From an uncultured bacterium (GTDB lineage: Bacteria; Patescibacteriota; Minisyncoccia; Phycocordibacterales; UBA6065), in assembly GCA_963841935.1 (NCBI GenBank), contig CAWJEP010000005.1:69845-133844 (forward strand): a stretch of 64,000 bases of DNA. The letters run 5' to 3'. This document shows positions 36,038-47,739 of this stretch, piece after piece (the first letter of the stretch is position 1; each line of letters opens with the position of its first letter). The position numbers and the translations under genes are program-made. Under the pieces are notes generated by a model that had not been told where the DNA came from, ran no database searches, and saw only the letters and a list, made by a program, of their open reading frames with translations.

Positions 36038-39000
36038 ATGATGCGAGAAAAAAAGTATTTCGGCCGTTTCAAGGAGCCTCTCATCGGAATCCCTGACCTC
36101 GTGGCCGCCCAGACCGAAAGCTTCAAATGGCTTTTGGAAAAAGGTCTCAAAGAACTTTTCGAGGAATTTTCCTCAATCAAAGATTACGCCGGCAAAAAAT
36201 TCGAACTCTCGTTCTCCGGCTTTTCCGTTGATGAGCCGAAATACGACGAGCATCACGCAAAGGAAAATAAACTTTCGTACGAATCCTCGCTCAAAGTCCG
36301 CGTTAAACTCAAGAACAAAACTTTCGATTCGACTAAAGAGCAAGAGATTTTCCTCGCGGATTTCCCCCTAATGACCGATCACGGCACTTTCATAGTAAAC
36401 GGCATCGAACGCGTCATTGTTCCCCAGCTAGCGCGTTCTTTCGGAGTATTTTTTACTTCCGACGAACTCAAAGGAAAAATAGTTTTCGGAGCCAAAATCA
36501 TACCGGCCCGCGGGGTTTGGATTGAAATCGAAACCGACACCGACGGCACTCTTTACGCTCGCATAGACAGAAAGAGGAAATTCACGGCAACGGCCTTGCT
36601 CCGCGTTCTTGGCGCGAAAACCGACGCCGAGATTCTTGCCTTTTTCAAAGGAAACGATGCCGTGAAGAAAATGATCGAGGCAACTCTCGCCAAAGACCCG
36701 GCGAAAAACGCCGTCGACGCCCATGTGGAAATCCACAAACGCCTTCGCGACGGAGACCTCGTGACACCGGACAACGCGCGTGAATTCGTCGCCGGCATTT
36801 TCGCCGCCGACCGTTACGACCTTTCGAAAGTCGGACGCTTTCGTTTCAACAAACGTTTTGCAAAAGATATGGGAGACAAAGAGCTTGAAAGGAAAACCAT
36901 TTCCGCCGAAGATTTCGCCACCGTTCTCGCTCATATCATTACTCTTAACAACGACCCGGAAGCCATGGAGGATGATATCGACCATCTTGGAAGCCGACGC
37001 GTCCGCTACGTCGGAGAGCTTCTCCAAGCGAAACTTCGCGTTGGACTTTCTCAAATGAGACGAAACATTCAAGACAGAATGTCGACAATAGAGCCGGATG
37101 TCACCATGCCGGTGTCGTTTATTTCTCCTCGACCGCTTCAGGCGCGACTCAAGGAATTCTTTATGACCAACCAGCTTTCGCAGTTTATGCAGCAGGAAAA
37201 TATTTTGACCGAGCTTGAACATCTGCGCACCCTTTCGGCTCTCGGCCCCGGAGGTCTGACCAAAGAGCGCGCCGGGTTTGAAGTTCGCGATGTTCATCCG
37301 TCTCACTACGGCCGACTTTGTCCGATTCAAACTCCCGAAGGTCCGAACATCGGCCTTATTCTTCGTCTCTCGACTTACGCCCGCATCAACGATTTCGGAA
37401 TGATAGAAACGCCTTACGCCAAAGTCAAACACGGCGTCATCACCAAAGAAATTGTTTATCTAAACGCTCTCGAAGAGGAAAACTTCCGTATCGCTCATGC
37501 CGCCACTCTTTACGACGAGCACGGAAAAATCACGGAGGATACGGTTGAGGTTCGTCAGAACGGCAAGCCGACGGTCATTGCCCGACACGACGTGGACTAT
37601 ATGGACGTCGCCACGAACCAAGCTTTTTCAATCGTGACCTCGATGATTCCGTTTCTCAATCACGACGACGCCGCCCGCGCCCTCATGGGCTCTAACATGC
37701 AAAAGCAGGCAACACCGTGCCTCATTCCCGAAGCCCCGCTAGTCGCCACGGGCGTCGAAGCGCGGGCGGCGGAAGACACTCGCCGCGTCATTTTGGCTCC
37801 CGAAGAAGGCGTGATTTCCAAAGTCGACGCGAGCTCAATCGCGTTCAAGCCGACAAAAGGCAAGGAAAAAGTTTACAGATTGACATCGTTTGAACGCACG
37901 AACGGCTTCACGGCTTTTCATCAGCGGCCGGTCGTTTCTCTAAATCAAAAAGTTAAAAAAGGCGATGTTCTCGCCGATACTTCTTCGTCAGACGGCGGAC
38001 AAATCGCTCTCGGCCAAAACGCTCTAGTGGCATTTATGTCGTGGTCGGGTTCAAACTATGAAGACGCCATCATTCTTTCGGAAAGACTCGTGAAAGAAGC
38101 GAAATTTACTTCGATTCACATCGAAGAATTCGTGGTCAATGTTCGCGACACGAAACTCGGTCCCGAAGTCACGACGCACGATATTCCGAACGTCGGCGAA
38201 GCGCGTCTGCGCAACCTCGACGAGGACGGCATCGTCCGCGTCGGTGCCGAAGTCCGCTCCGGCGACATTCTCATCGGCAAAATTACCCCGAAAGGCGAAA
38301 CCCAACTCACGCCGGAAGAAAGACTTCTGCGCTCTATATTCGGCGAGAAAGCCCGCGATGTGAAAGACACGTCAAAGAGAATGGAAGGCGGCAAAAAAGG
38401 CCGTGTCATTTCGGTCAAAGTATTTTCACGCGAAAAAGGCGACAAACTCGAAAGCGGAATCATAAAAAGAATCCATGTTGAAGTCGCTCAGCTCCGCAAT
38501 GTTTCGGTGGGTGACAAGCTCGCCGGCCGCCACGGGAACAAAGGCGTCATCTCGCGCATTTTGCCCGTCGAAGATATGCCCTATATGGCCGACGGCACGC
38601 CTATCGATGTCATTCTCACCCCGCTTGGCGTTCCTTCACGTATGAACCTCGGACAAATCCTGGAACTTCATCTTGGACTTGCCGCCCACACTCTAAATTA
38701 CCAAGCAATCGTTCCGCCTTTCGTGGGCGCGACCGACGGCGAAATCAAACAAGAACTCGTGAAAGCCGGATATCCGGAAAGCGGCAAAGTTCCGCTTTAT
38801 GATGGCCGCACCGGAGACAAATTCAACCAAGACATCGCCATCGGTTACATGTATATCTTGAAACTTCACCACATGGTCGAAGACAAGATTCACATGCGCT
38901 CTATTGGACCTTACTCGCTCATCACTCAACAGCCGCTCGGTGGCAAGGCTCAAGGCGGAGGTCAACGCTTCGGAGAAATGGAAGTCTGGGCGCTTCTCGG

Positions 39001-39211
39001 TCATGGCGCGGCATATACCTTGCGAGAAATTTTGACGGTCAAATCAGACGATATCCAAGGCCGCTCGCAAACATTTGACTCCATAGTCAAAGGCGAGCCT
39101 ATCGCTCCGCCAAATTTGCCAGCGTCATTTAATGTTCTCCTTAACAGCTTGAGGGGCCTGTCGCTCGATGTCGAACTCAAGAAAGACGGCGATAAGAAAA
39201 GAACCAAATAA
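36038..39211 (+). CDS. rpoB: DNA-directed RNA polymerase subunit beta (compact, 1057 aa)
   Basis: Conserved RpoB blocks throughout, including RLRTVGELLQ-like and GDKLAGRHGNKGVIS (catalytic-centre region). One uninterrupted ORF. Confidence 0.95.
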   Translation: MMREKKYFGRFKEPLIGIPDLVAAQTESFKWLLEKGLKELFEEFSSIKDYAGKKFELSFSGFSVDEPKYDEHHAKENKLSYESSLKVRVKLKNKTFDSTKEQEIFLADFPLMTDHGTFIVNGIERVIVPQLARSFGVFFTSDELKGKIVFGAKIIPARGVWIEIETDTDGTLYARIDRKRKFTATALLRVLGAKTDAEILAFFKGNDAVKKMIEATLAKDPAKNAVDAHVEIHKRLRDGDLVTPDNAREFVAGIFAADRYDLSKVGRFRFNKRFAKDMGDKELERKTISAEDFATVLAHIITLNNDPEAMEDDIDHLGSRRVRYVGELLQAKLRVGLSQMRRNIQDRMSTIEPDVTMPVSFISPRPLQARLKEFFMTNQLSQFMQQENILTELEHLRTLSALGPGGLTKERAGFEVRDVHPSHYGRLCPIQTPEGPNIGLILRLSTYARINDFGMIETPYAKVKHGVITKEIVYLNALEEENFRIAHAATLYDEHGKITEDTVEVRQNGKPTVIARHDVDYMDVATNQAFSIVTSMIPFLNHDDAARALMGSNMQKQATPCLIPEAPLVATGVEARAAEDTRRVILAPEEGVISKVDASSIAFKPTKGKEKVYRLTSFERTNGFTAFHQRPVVSLNQKVKKGDVLADTSSSDGGQIALGQNALVAFMSWSGSNYEDAIILSERLVKEAKFTSIHIEEFVVNVRDTKLGPEVTTHDIPNVGEARLRNLDEDGIVRVGAEVRSGDILIGKITPKGETQLTPEERLLRSIFGEKARDVKDTSKRMEGGKKGRVISVKVFSREKGDKLESGIIKRIHVEVAQLRNVSVGDKLAGRHGNKGVISRILPVEDMPYMADGTPIDVILTPLGVPSRMNLGQILELHLGLAAHTLNYQAIVPPFVGATDGEIKQELVKAGYPESGKVPLYDGRTGDKFNQDIAIGYMYILKLHHMVEDKIHMRSIGPYSLITQQPLGGKAQGGGQRFGEMEVWALLGHGAAYTLREILTVKSDDIQGRSQTFDSIVKGEPIAPPNLPASFNVLLNSLRGLSLDVELKKDGDKKRTK

Positions 39212-39229
39212 CCATCAAAATAAAATCTT

Positions 39230-42200
39230 ATGGCATACCAATCAAACAAAGAAAAAGGCAATGTGGGCAACGATTTCGATGTCGTGTCGCTTCGCCTCGC
39301 TTCGCCGGAGCGAATAAAAGAATGGTCGTTTGGAGAAGTCACCAAGCCGGAAACAATCAACTACCGCACCCAGCGTTCGGAAAAAAACGGACTTTTCGAC
39401 GAGAAAATTTTCGGTCCCGACAAGGATTATGAATGTTACTGCGGTAAATATCGCGGCATCCGCTACAAAGGCATCGTCTGCGAGAAGTGCGGCGTCGAAA
39501 TCACCCGTTCGATAGTTCGTCGTGAAAGAATGGGCCACATCGAGCTCGCCACGCCCGTTTCTCACATTTGGTTTTTACGCACGATGCCGTCTCGTCTAGG
39601 AATGATTCTCGGAATGCCGACGGGAGAACTCGAGAAAGTCATTTATTTCGGCGGTTATATCATCACGAAAACCGACGAAGCCGAACGCGCGAGGATAATC
39701 AAAGACATGGAATCGGAATACAAGGCAAAGATGAAATCCTCGCAGGACGAAAAAACAAAAACGGCGCTCAAAGAAATGTTTTCCGCCGCCAAGAAAGAGC
39801 TCGAAAGTCTTCACGAAGGCGCGGTAGTCGACGAAATCGAGTATCACAAATATTCGATGAAATATTCGACATTGTTTGAAGCTGGCATCGGCGCCGAAGC
39901 GATTTTCAATCTGTGCAAAAACATCGATATGAAAAAACTCGAGGAAAATCTCGAGAAAGCCCTCGAAAAAGCTTCGGCTTTGGAGAAAGAAAAAGTGAAC
40001 CGCCGACTCTCGACCGTCAAAGCTATGATTCGTTCCGGCGTTCGACCAGAATGGATGTTTTTGGTGCGTGTTCCGGTCATTCCGCCGGCTCTCCGCCCCA
40101 TGGTGCCTCTCGATGGCGGCCGCTACGCGACCTCCGACGTCAATGACCTTTACCGCCGCGTCATAAACAGAAACAACCGCCTTCTCAAACTCAAAGAAAT
40201 CAACGCGCCGGACGTCATCTTGCGCAACGAAAAAAGAATTTTGCAGGAAGCCGTCGACGCGCTCATCGACAACTCGATTCGCCACGGTAATTCCACCGTC
40301 GCCGCGGGTTCCTTGATTCAGAAACGCGCCCTCAAATCTCTCGCCGACAACCTCAAAGGTAAACGCGGACTTCTTCGCGGCAATCTTCTCGGCAAACGCG
40401 TCGACTATAGCGGTCGCTCGGTCATCGTCGTCGGTCCTGATCTCGCGCTTGACCAGTGCGGTCTTCCGAAACATATGGCGCTTGAGCTCTTCAAGCCGTT
40501 CGTCATTCACGAACTTTTGACTCGCGAATTCGCTTACAACATCCGCGGCGCCTCTCGTCTCATTGACGACGGTATTCCGGAAGTTTGGGCGATTCTCGAA
40601 GACGTCATCAAAGGCAAATATGTTCTTCTAAACCGCGCGCCGACTCTCCACCGCCTCGGCATTCAGGCGTTTCAGCCGATTCTCATCGAAGGTAACGCCA
40701 TCCAAGTCCACCCCTTGGTTTGTTCGGCTTTCAACGCCGACTTCGACGGCGACCAAATGGCCGTTCATGTTCCTCTTTCAGTCGAAGCTCAAGCCGAAGC
40801 CAAAAATATAATGGCTTCCGACAAAAACATTTTGAAACCCGGCAACGGCGACCCGGTAGTCAGCAACAAAATGCTCGATATCAACCTCGGCACTTATTGG
40901 ATGACAAAAGAAGTCAAAGGCGAGAAAGGCGAAGGCAATGTCTATGAATCTCCGTCGGCGGCTATCCTGGCTCACGATTTCGACTCTGTGGCTCTTCGGG
41001 CGAAAATCCGCGTTATGCCGAGCGACTCGAAAAAATTCGCGGCTTTCGAAGGTAAATTGTTCGAGACGTCGGTAGGCAGGATTATTTTCAACGAAGTTTT
41101 GCCAGACGATTATCCGTTCGTCAACAAAGAAGTCGACCGTAAAATGATGCAAAACATCGTCGACGATTTTCTCGTCCGCTACGGCATCTCAGGCATTCCT
41201 CCGATTCTCGACAAAATAAAGAAAATCGGATTCAAGTACACGACTATTGCCGGCATCACTTGGGGCATTGACGATGTCAGGTCGCCGAAAGACAAAGAAA
41301 AAGTCGTGGGCGCCGCCAAAGCGGAAGCGGCAAAAATCAACGACCAGTTCGACAACGGCTTCCTTTCCGAAGAAGAACGCATAAGAAAGAATGTCGAGAT
41401 TTGGCACAAAGCCAAAAGCGATGTCGAGAAACTCGTTCCCGACGCTCAGGTGCCAAACGGCTCCGTCTCCGACATGGTGAAGTCAGGCGCTCGCGGCAGC
41501 TGGGGTCAAATCACTCAAATGGTCGGCATGAAAGGCCTCATCACCAACACTTCCGGCGAGACGATAGAATTCCCGATTATTTCCGGAATGAAAGACGGAC
41601 TGACGCCGATTGAATACTTCATTACCACTCACGGCTCGAGGAAGGGCTTGACCGATACCGCCCTAAACACCGCAAAGGCCGGTTACCTCACGCGCCGTCT
41701 ATTCGATGTCGCTCAGGATGTTATCGTCACCGAAGAAGATTGCGGAACGAAAGATTGTATCGTCATTCACAGAGAAGGTTCGTCGGGCATGGAAGTACCT
41801 CTAGCGAAATCCATCCGCGGCAGAATTTTGGCGGAAGAAGTGAAAAATAAAGAAGGTAAAGTGCAATTCAAGAAAGGCCATCTCGTGACGAAACAGGACG
41901 CTCAAGAAATAGAAACGTTGGGTATTTCCGAAGTAAAAGTTCGATCGCCGCTTGCTTGCAAGACTCTTCGCGGAGTTTGTCGCGCTTGTTATGGCATGGA
42001 TTTGGGTAGAAACGAGCTTGTGAATCTCGGCGAAGCAGTCGGCACCGTAGCCGCTCAAGCCATCGGCGAGCCGGGAACTCAGTTGACCATGCGCACATTC
42101 CACGCCGGAGGCACGGCGTCCGTTGGTGGCGACATCACGCAAGGTTTGCCGCGCGTCGAGGAAGTCTTTGAGAAGAGAAATCCGAAAAATCCGGCCCTCA

Positions 42201-42926
42201 TCGCTCCGGTCTCGGGCGTCATCACTTCCATAAAAGAAGAAGGCAAAGAAAGAATCATTTCCGTCATGCCGGACGTTGAAGACCGCGCCAAAGGCAAAGA
42301 CGCAAAAGGCGGTGAGATAGAACTCACAACTCATCCGAAGCGCGTGCTCCTCGTCAAAGTCGGCGACAAAATCGCCAAAGGCCAAATTCTCACCGACGGC
42401 TCCGCTTCAATAGACGAAATTTTCGAATTCGCCGGCAGGGAAGCGGCTATGGATTACATTATTCGAGAAATCGGCAAGATTTACGAACTTCAAGGCGAAA
42501 CGGTTTCGAGAAAGCACATCGAAATCATCGTCAAACAGATGTTCTCCAGAGAACGCATAAGCATGGCAAACGACACGCGGTTTACCGACGGCGACATCGC
42601 CGACGTCTACGACCTTCGCGTTGAAAACGCTCGCGTCAAAGAGCTCGGCAAAACCGGAGCAGAAGCCACGCCGGCGGTCATGGGCATCACCGAAGTTTCG
42701 CTTTCGCGCCAAAGCTTTCTCTCGTCGGCATCATTCCAGCACACGACTCGCATATTCGTCTAGTGCCGCCGTCAAGGGCTCCGAAGACCATCTCCAGGGA
42801 CTGAAAGAAAATGTCATTATCGGTCGCGTCATTCCGGCCGGCACGGGTTATAAGGGCTCTCCGAAATACGATATGATAAAAGAAGTTCAGTCGAAAATCC
42901 CTCCGCGTTCCGAAGATTCCCGTTAG
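39230..42926 (+). CDS. rpoC: DNA-directed RNA polymerase subunit beta', with an apparent frame change about 60 codons before the C-terminus
   Basis: Zn-finger [19 protein letters not shown] and catalytic [12 protein letters not shown] are present. The ORF ends at 42763 (..[10 protein letters not shown]). The universally conserved C-terminus ([28 protein letters not shown]) continues in the +1 frame to 42926. The junction is within 42758-42764. Confidence 0.9.
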
Positions 42927-42969
42927 TTTTCCGCGGTAGCCGATTATTCGCCTTCGATAATACTTAAAA

Positions 42970-44702
42970 ATGTCGAGCGAAGTAGAACAAATAAAAGAAA
43001 GATTGAATATCGCCGATGTCGTCGGCGGTTATCTCAAGCTTGAAAAAGCAGGTCAAAACTTCAAAGCCAAGTGTCCTTTTCACAACGAAAAGACGCCGAG
43101 CTTTTTTGTCTCGCCCGACAGAGGAAGTTATTATTGTTTCGGCTGCGGCGCGCACGGAGACATTTTTTCTTTCGTTGAAGCTTTTGAGGGAGTTGATTTC
43201 CGCGGCGCCCTGAAAAGCTTGGCGGCGAAAGCCGGCGTGGAATTAAAAGGAGGAGACAGGACGGGCGACAACAAGAAAGAAAGATTATACGCCGCCATGG
43301 AAGCCGCCGCCGAATTCTTCGAAACGGAACTTTCGAATAATTCGGCGGCTCGGGATTATGTTTTATCCCGCGGTATTACGGAAAAAACTATTCATTCTTT
43401 CCGAATAGGCTACGCGCCGTCAGAATGGCGGACGCTTAGAACGCATCTTGAAGCAAAAAAATTCGGCATAAACGAACTTTTTGCCGCCGGGCTCGTCAAG
43501 AAAAATGAAAAAGGCGATTTCTACGATGTTTTCCGCGGACGAGTGATGTTTCCGATTGCCGACTCATCCGGCCGCGTCGTGGCTTTCAGCGGTCGGACGC
43601 TCGATGAAAAAGAAAATCCGCCAAAATATTTCAACACGCCGGAGACGGAACTTTATTCGAAATCCCATACGCTTTTCGGTCTCGATAAAGCCAAATCTTC
43701 GATTAGGAAATTCGACCACGCTATTTTGGTCGAAGGTCAGATGGATTTGGTGATGTCTCATCAGGCGGGATTTACCAACACGGTCGCCGTTTCCGGCACG
43801 GCTCTTTCGGAAAACGCCGCCGACGAAAGCGCGTCCGGAATTTCTCTCATCACGCGCTTTCGAAAAATATCAAAATCGCCTTCGACCCGGATGAAGCGGG
43901 AATCAAAGCGGCGCTTCGCGCCGCGCGAATCGCTTTGTCCCTCGGTATGGATGTCAAAATCGCGGCTGGATGTAAAAGGCGAAGATCCCGGCGGATACTA
44001 TCCGCCGAGACCCGAAAGCTTGGAAAGAGCTCTCGCGGCGGAAAAAATGGCGTCGTGACATTTCTCGTTGATTCGATCTTGGAAAAGACTAACGATTTGA
44101 AAAAAATCGCAATCGCCGTGAGAGAACAAGCTTTTCCGTTTATTGTTCTAATGGAAAACAAAACCGACAGGGATAGATTCGTGAAAGAGATTCACGAGAA
44201 GACCGGCATAAGCGAGACGGCGCTTTGGGAAGATCTGAAATCGACGGAAAAGCCGCTACGGAATTCGCCCGCGCCGTCGCCCGAAAACTCGCTTCGCTCA
44301 AACAGTTCTCGCTCCGCAGGCGCCGGTTTCTCCGCTTCCAACAGAGCACTAGGAATCTTGGCGCTCGTGTCGGAGAAAGGCGACGCGGCGGCATTCACTG
44401 AGAAATTAAAAGCCGCGTCGCCAAGCGATTTTGAGAGATTTGAGACGATGACAAAGGAGGAAAAAGGCGAACTCGCCTTCGAAGCGGAGGTATTGTATGA
44501 TGTGAAAGATTTGGAAAAAAATTTCGACGAACTCGTCCTTCACATAGAAGAAGGACGATTGGCGTCTCTTCTTGAACAAAAATTCGCGGATATTTATAAA
44601 TCTGAAAAAGAAAAAGATGTGGGCAAAGCCAAGACGCTTTTGAAAGAAGCCGGCGACATAATGAAACGAGTAAATGAAATAAAGCAAAAACTAAGAAAAT
44701 AA
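42970..44702 (+). CDS. dnaG: DNA primase DnaG, reading frame broken at three points (about 43865, about 43960, about 44050)
   Basis: Zn-ribbon [30 protein letters not shown]. The RNA polymerase domain is present. The TOPRIM motifs continue only by switching frames: ..GTALSEN..RFRK (frame 1), then [33 protein letters not shown] (frame 3), then [24 protein letters not shown] (frame 1), then [14 protein letters not shown] plus the C-terminal domain (frame 3). Two junctions sit in A-runs (cgaaaaata, ggaaaaaatgg). Confidence 0.75.
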
Positions 44703-44706
44703 AAAT

Positions 44707-45888
44707 ATGAAAAAGAAACAAAAAAAATCAAAAGCCAAAGTCAAAAAAGTAAAAGCCCTGCCTCGCCGGCAGGCGGGCAAAAAGCCGAAGAAAGCTCCGA
44801 AGAAAAAGCTCTCGAAAAAAGCCGAAGACCAAAACAAAAAAGCCGCCAAGCTCATCCATAGAGGCCGTGAGCGCGGCTTCGTGACTTACGACGAAATTCT
44901 CAAAGAGTTTCCGACCGTTGAAGACGATGTGACTTTTCTCGACCACCTCTACGAGAAACTTCAGCAAGCCGGCATAGATATTCTCGATTCCGGAGGCATG
45001 CTCGACACACCGGTGGAAGAAAGCGGCAAGAAATACGCTTTTCACAAAGGCGAAAAATCCTATGACTCGATTCAAATGTACCTCAAAGAAATCGGTCAAT
45101 ACGCTCTCGTCAACGCCGCCCGAGAAAAAGAATTGGCGCGTCGCATCGAGAAAGGCGACAAGGAAGCCGTCGGTCTTCTCGCCAAAGCCAACCTCCGTCT
45201 CGTCGTCTCGATTGCCAAGAAATACGTCAATCGAAGCCCCGATTTGACACTTCTAGACCTTATCCAAGAGGGTAACTTGGGTCTTTTTAAGGCCGTGGAC
45301 AAGTTTGATTGGACCAAAGGCTATAAGTTCTCGACATACGCCACTTGGTGGATTAGACAGGCCATTACGCGCGCTTTGGCCGACCAAAGCCGCACCATTC
45401 GCGTGCCGGTGCATATGGTTGAGACGATTGCCAAATACAAGCAAGTCGTCCGCCGTCTTTCTCAAGATCTCGGCCGCGATCCATTGGCAGATGAAATCGC
45501 CACGGAAATGGGCATAGATGTCGAGAAAGTTTATCAAATAGAAAAGATAGACCAAGACACAGTGTCACTCGAATCGCCGGTTGGCGACGAAGATGAAGGC
45601 AAGTCCACGCTCGGAGATTTTCTTTCCGACGACAAAATCCTTTCTCCAGACCAAGAATCTTCACGACGCATTCTTGCAGACCAAGTGAAAGAAATTCTCG
45701 GCGAGCTTTCTCCGAAAGAAAGAAAAATATTGGAAATGAGACACGGACTAAACGACGGAATTACTCATACCCTAGAAGAAGTGGGGAAGGAGTTCGGCGT
45801 CACCCGCGAACGCATCCGCCAAATCGAAGCCAAAGCTCACGAAAAAATCCGCCAGCACGGAAAAATAAACAGACTGAAGAATTATTAA
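44707..45888 (+). CDS. rpoD: RNA polymerase primary sigma factor
   Basis: Lys-rich N-terminus, then regions 1.2 to 4: [87 protein letters not shown]. The dnaG-rpoD linkage is conserved. Confidence 0.9.
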   Translation: MKKKQKKSKAKVKKVKALPRRQAGKKPKKAPKKKLSKKAEDQNKKAAKLIHRGRERGFVTYDEILKEFPTVEDDVTFLDHLYEKLQQAGIDILDSGGMLDTPVEESGKKYAFHKGEKSYDSIQMYLKEIGQYALVNAAREKELARRIEKGDKEAVGLLAKANLRLVVSIAKKYVNRSPDLTLLDLIQEGNLGLFKAVDKFDWTKGYKFSTYATWWIRQAITRALADQSRTIRVPVHMVETIAKYKQVVRRLSQDLGRDPLADEIATEMGIDVEKVYQIEKIDQDTVSLESPVGDEDEGKSTLGDFLSDDKILSPDQESSRRILADQVKEILGELSPKERKILEMRHGLNDGITHTLEEVGKEFGVTRERIRQIEAKAHEKIRQHGKINRLKNY

Positions 45889-45896
45889 ATAAAAAA

Positions 45897-45930
45897 CCGC
45901 AAACATATCTCAAGTTTGCGGTTTTTTTGT
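45897..45930 (+). terminator. Rho-independent terminator after rpoD
   Basis: CCGCAAAC-ATATCTCAAG-TTTGCGG followed by TTTTTTTGTT. Confidence 0.5.
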
Positions 45931-46249
45931 TGCTGGGCGGAAAGTGGATAACCCCTCGCTTGCTTTTTAGAAGTAATTTCATTAAAATAGAAGAGTCTTT
46001 GAGCCCTTCAAAGAATAGATACTTGATTTATAGAAAAGAAATGCCCCCAAAGGCGGGGGCATTAGCTTGATTGCTCTGGCAACATTTCTAACAAAAACGT
46101 GGCGAGGTTCAGTTTCAAAGCTGACAGAAAAACTCGCAATGGTGTCTTAAGGCCTTAAGACTTCGAAAAGAATTGAATTCTACGAGCGACTTGCTGGTGC
46201 CTCTGTATTTGTGGGTATTTGCACCAATAAATTTAGGATATCATATTTT

Positions 46250-47731
46250 ATGACAATCTCCAAAACAGACTATCTCTTGTGGCGAGAGTGCAAGAAAAAT
46301 ACGTGGATAAAACTTCACAAACCGGAAATATTTTATGCGGTGGAGCTTTCCGATTTTGAAAAATCTATTATTGAAAGGGGGAATGAAGTTGAAGCAGAAG
46401 CACAGAAACGTTTTCCGACAGGAGTTTTGATTGAAGGTCGAGACGAACAGGCGCAAAAGCTCACGCAGAAATATATCGCCGACAAAGAGCGGACTCTTTT
46501 TCAGCCTGTGTTTCTCAAAGACGGTTTTCTCGCGGCACTCGATATTTTGCAATACGACAAAGAGACTGGGAAATATTCGATATTTGAAATCAAAGCATCG
46601 AATGATGTGGACGAGAAAACCCATCTTTATGACTTGGCTTTCCAAGTTGCTCTTCTCAAGAAATGCGGAATCAAAATCGATATCGCGAACATCATTCATC
46701 TCAACTCAAAATATGTGAGAAACGGCGAGCTAGATATCGAGAAACTTTTCACCATAAATAATCAGACGAAAGAAGTCGAAGAACTTCTGCCGAAAGTCGA
46801 ATTCGAAATGGAAGCGGCGAAAGAATATCTTTCGCAGGAAAAAGAACCTTCAGGATATTGTGATTGTGTCTACAAAGGCCGCTCGGCGCACTGCGCCACA
46901 TTTTCATATTCCAATCCGACCGTTCCTGAATACGGCATTCATGATATCGCTCGCATCGGTATGAGTAAGAAAAAACTCCAAGAACTCGCCGACAGAAGCA
47001 TTTTCAAAATTGAAGACCTGCCCGACAACATTGAACTTTCGGAAATCCAAAAGAATCAAGTCGATGCTTATATTTTCGACAGAGTTTCTATAAAGAAACT
47101 GGAGATTGGTCAGGAATTAAAAAATTTGGTTTTCCCTCTGTATTTTCTTGATTACGAAACATATCCGTCGGCCATTCCTCGGTTTGACGGCTTCTCGCCA
47201 TATCAGCAGATTCCTTTTCAATATTCGCTTCATATCGTCGAATCACCGGACGCGGAGCCGATTCACAAAGAGTTTCTTCATACGGGAAGTGACAATCCGA
47301 GCGAACATTTCGCCAAATCGCTTCAAAAACACATAGGTCCAAAAGGAAACATAATCGTCTGGAACAAAAAGTTCGAATGCAAGATAAACAACGAACTCGC
47401 CAAAAGGCTTCCGGAAACCAAATCTTCTATCGATGATTTAAACGCTCGCGTCTACGACCTTATGGATATTTTTTCCAAACAATTTTATGTTCACAAGGAT
47501 TTCAAAGGTTCGACATCGATAAAATATGTTTTGCCGGTTCTCGCACCGGAACTTTCGTACAAGAAACTAGAAATCCAAGAAGGCGGCACCGCGTCGCAAA
47601 AATGGAATGAGATTACGACTTGTGAAATGGATCAAAAAGTAAAAAAAGAGATCGCGGAAAATTTAAAAGAATATTGCAAACTAGACACATACGCGATGTA
47701 CGCCATTTGGAAACATCTTTTTGAGTTATAA
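46250..47731 (+). CDS. DUF2779-family protein (Cas4/RecB-like PD-(D/E)xK nuclease N-domain plus RNase H-like exonuclease C-domain)
   Basis: A Cys cluster (CDCVYKGRSAHC) typical of Cas4/RecB-like nucleases. The characteristic LYFLDYETYPSAIP (FLDFET) motif of DUF2779. Start at ATG 46250. Confidence 0.55.
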   Translation: MTISKTDYLLWRECKKNTWIKLHKPEIFYAVELSDFEKSIIERGNEVEAEAQKRFPTGVLIEGRDEQAQKLTQKYIADKERTLFQPVFLKDGFLAALDILQYDKETGKYSIFEIKASNDVDEKTHLYDLAFQVALLKKCGIKIDIANIIHLNSKYVRNGELDIEKLFTINNQTKEVEELLPKVEFEMEAAKEYLSQEKEPSGYCDCVYKGRSAHCATFSYSNPTVPEYGIHDIARIGMSKKKLQELADRSIFKIEDLPDNIELSEIQKNQVDAYIFDRVSIKKLEIGQELKNLVFPLYFLDYETYPSAIPRFDGFSPYQQIPFQYSLHIVESPDAEPIHKEFLHTGSDNPSEHFAKSLQKHIGPKGNIIVWNKKFECKINNELAKRLPETKSSIDDLNARVYDLMDIFSKQFYVHKDFKGSTSIKYVLPVLAPELSYKKLEIQEGGTASQKWNEITTCEMDQKVKKEIAENLKEYCKLDTYAMYAIWKHLFEL

Positions 47732-47739
47732 TTTACTTT

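Noticed and set aside
36428-37432. 334-aa ORF antisense to rpoB
   Set aside because: It lies entirely inside the strongly conserved rpoB coding sequence on the opposite strand. It has no recognisable motif and its composition mirrors the sense strand, so it is a spurious antisense ORF.
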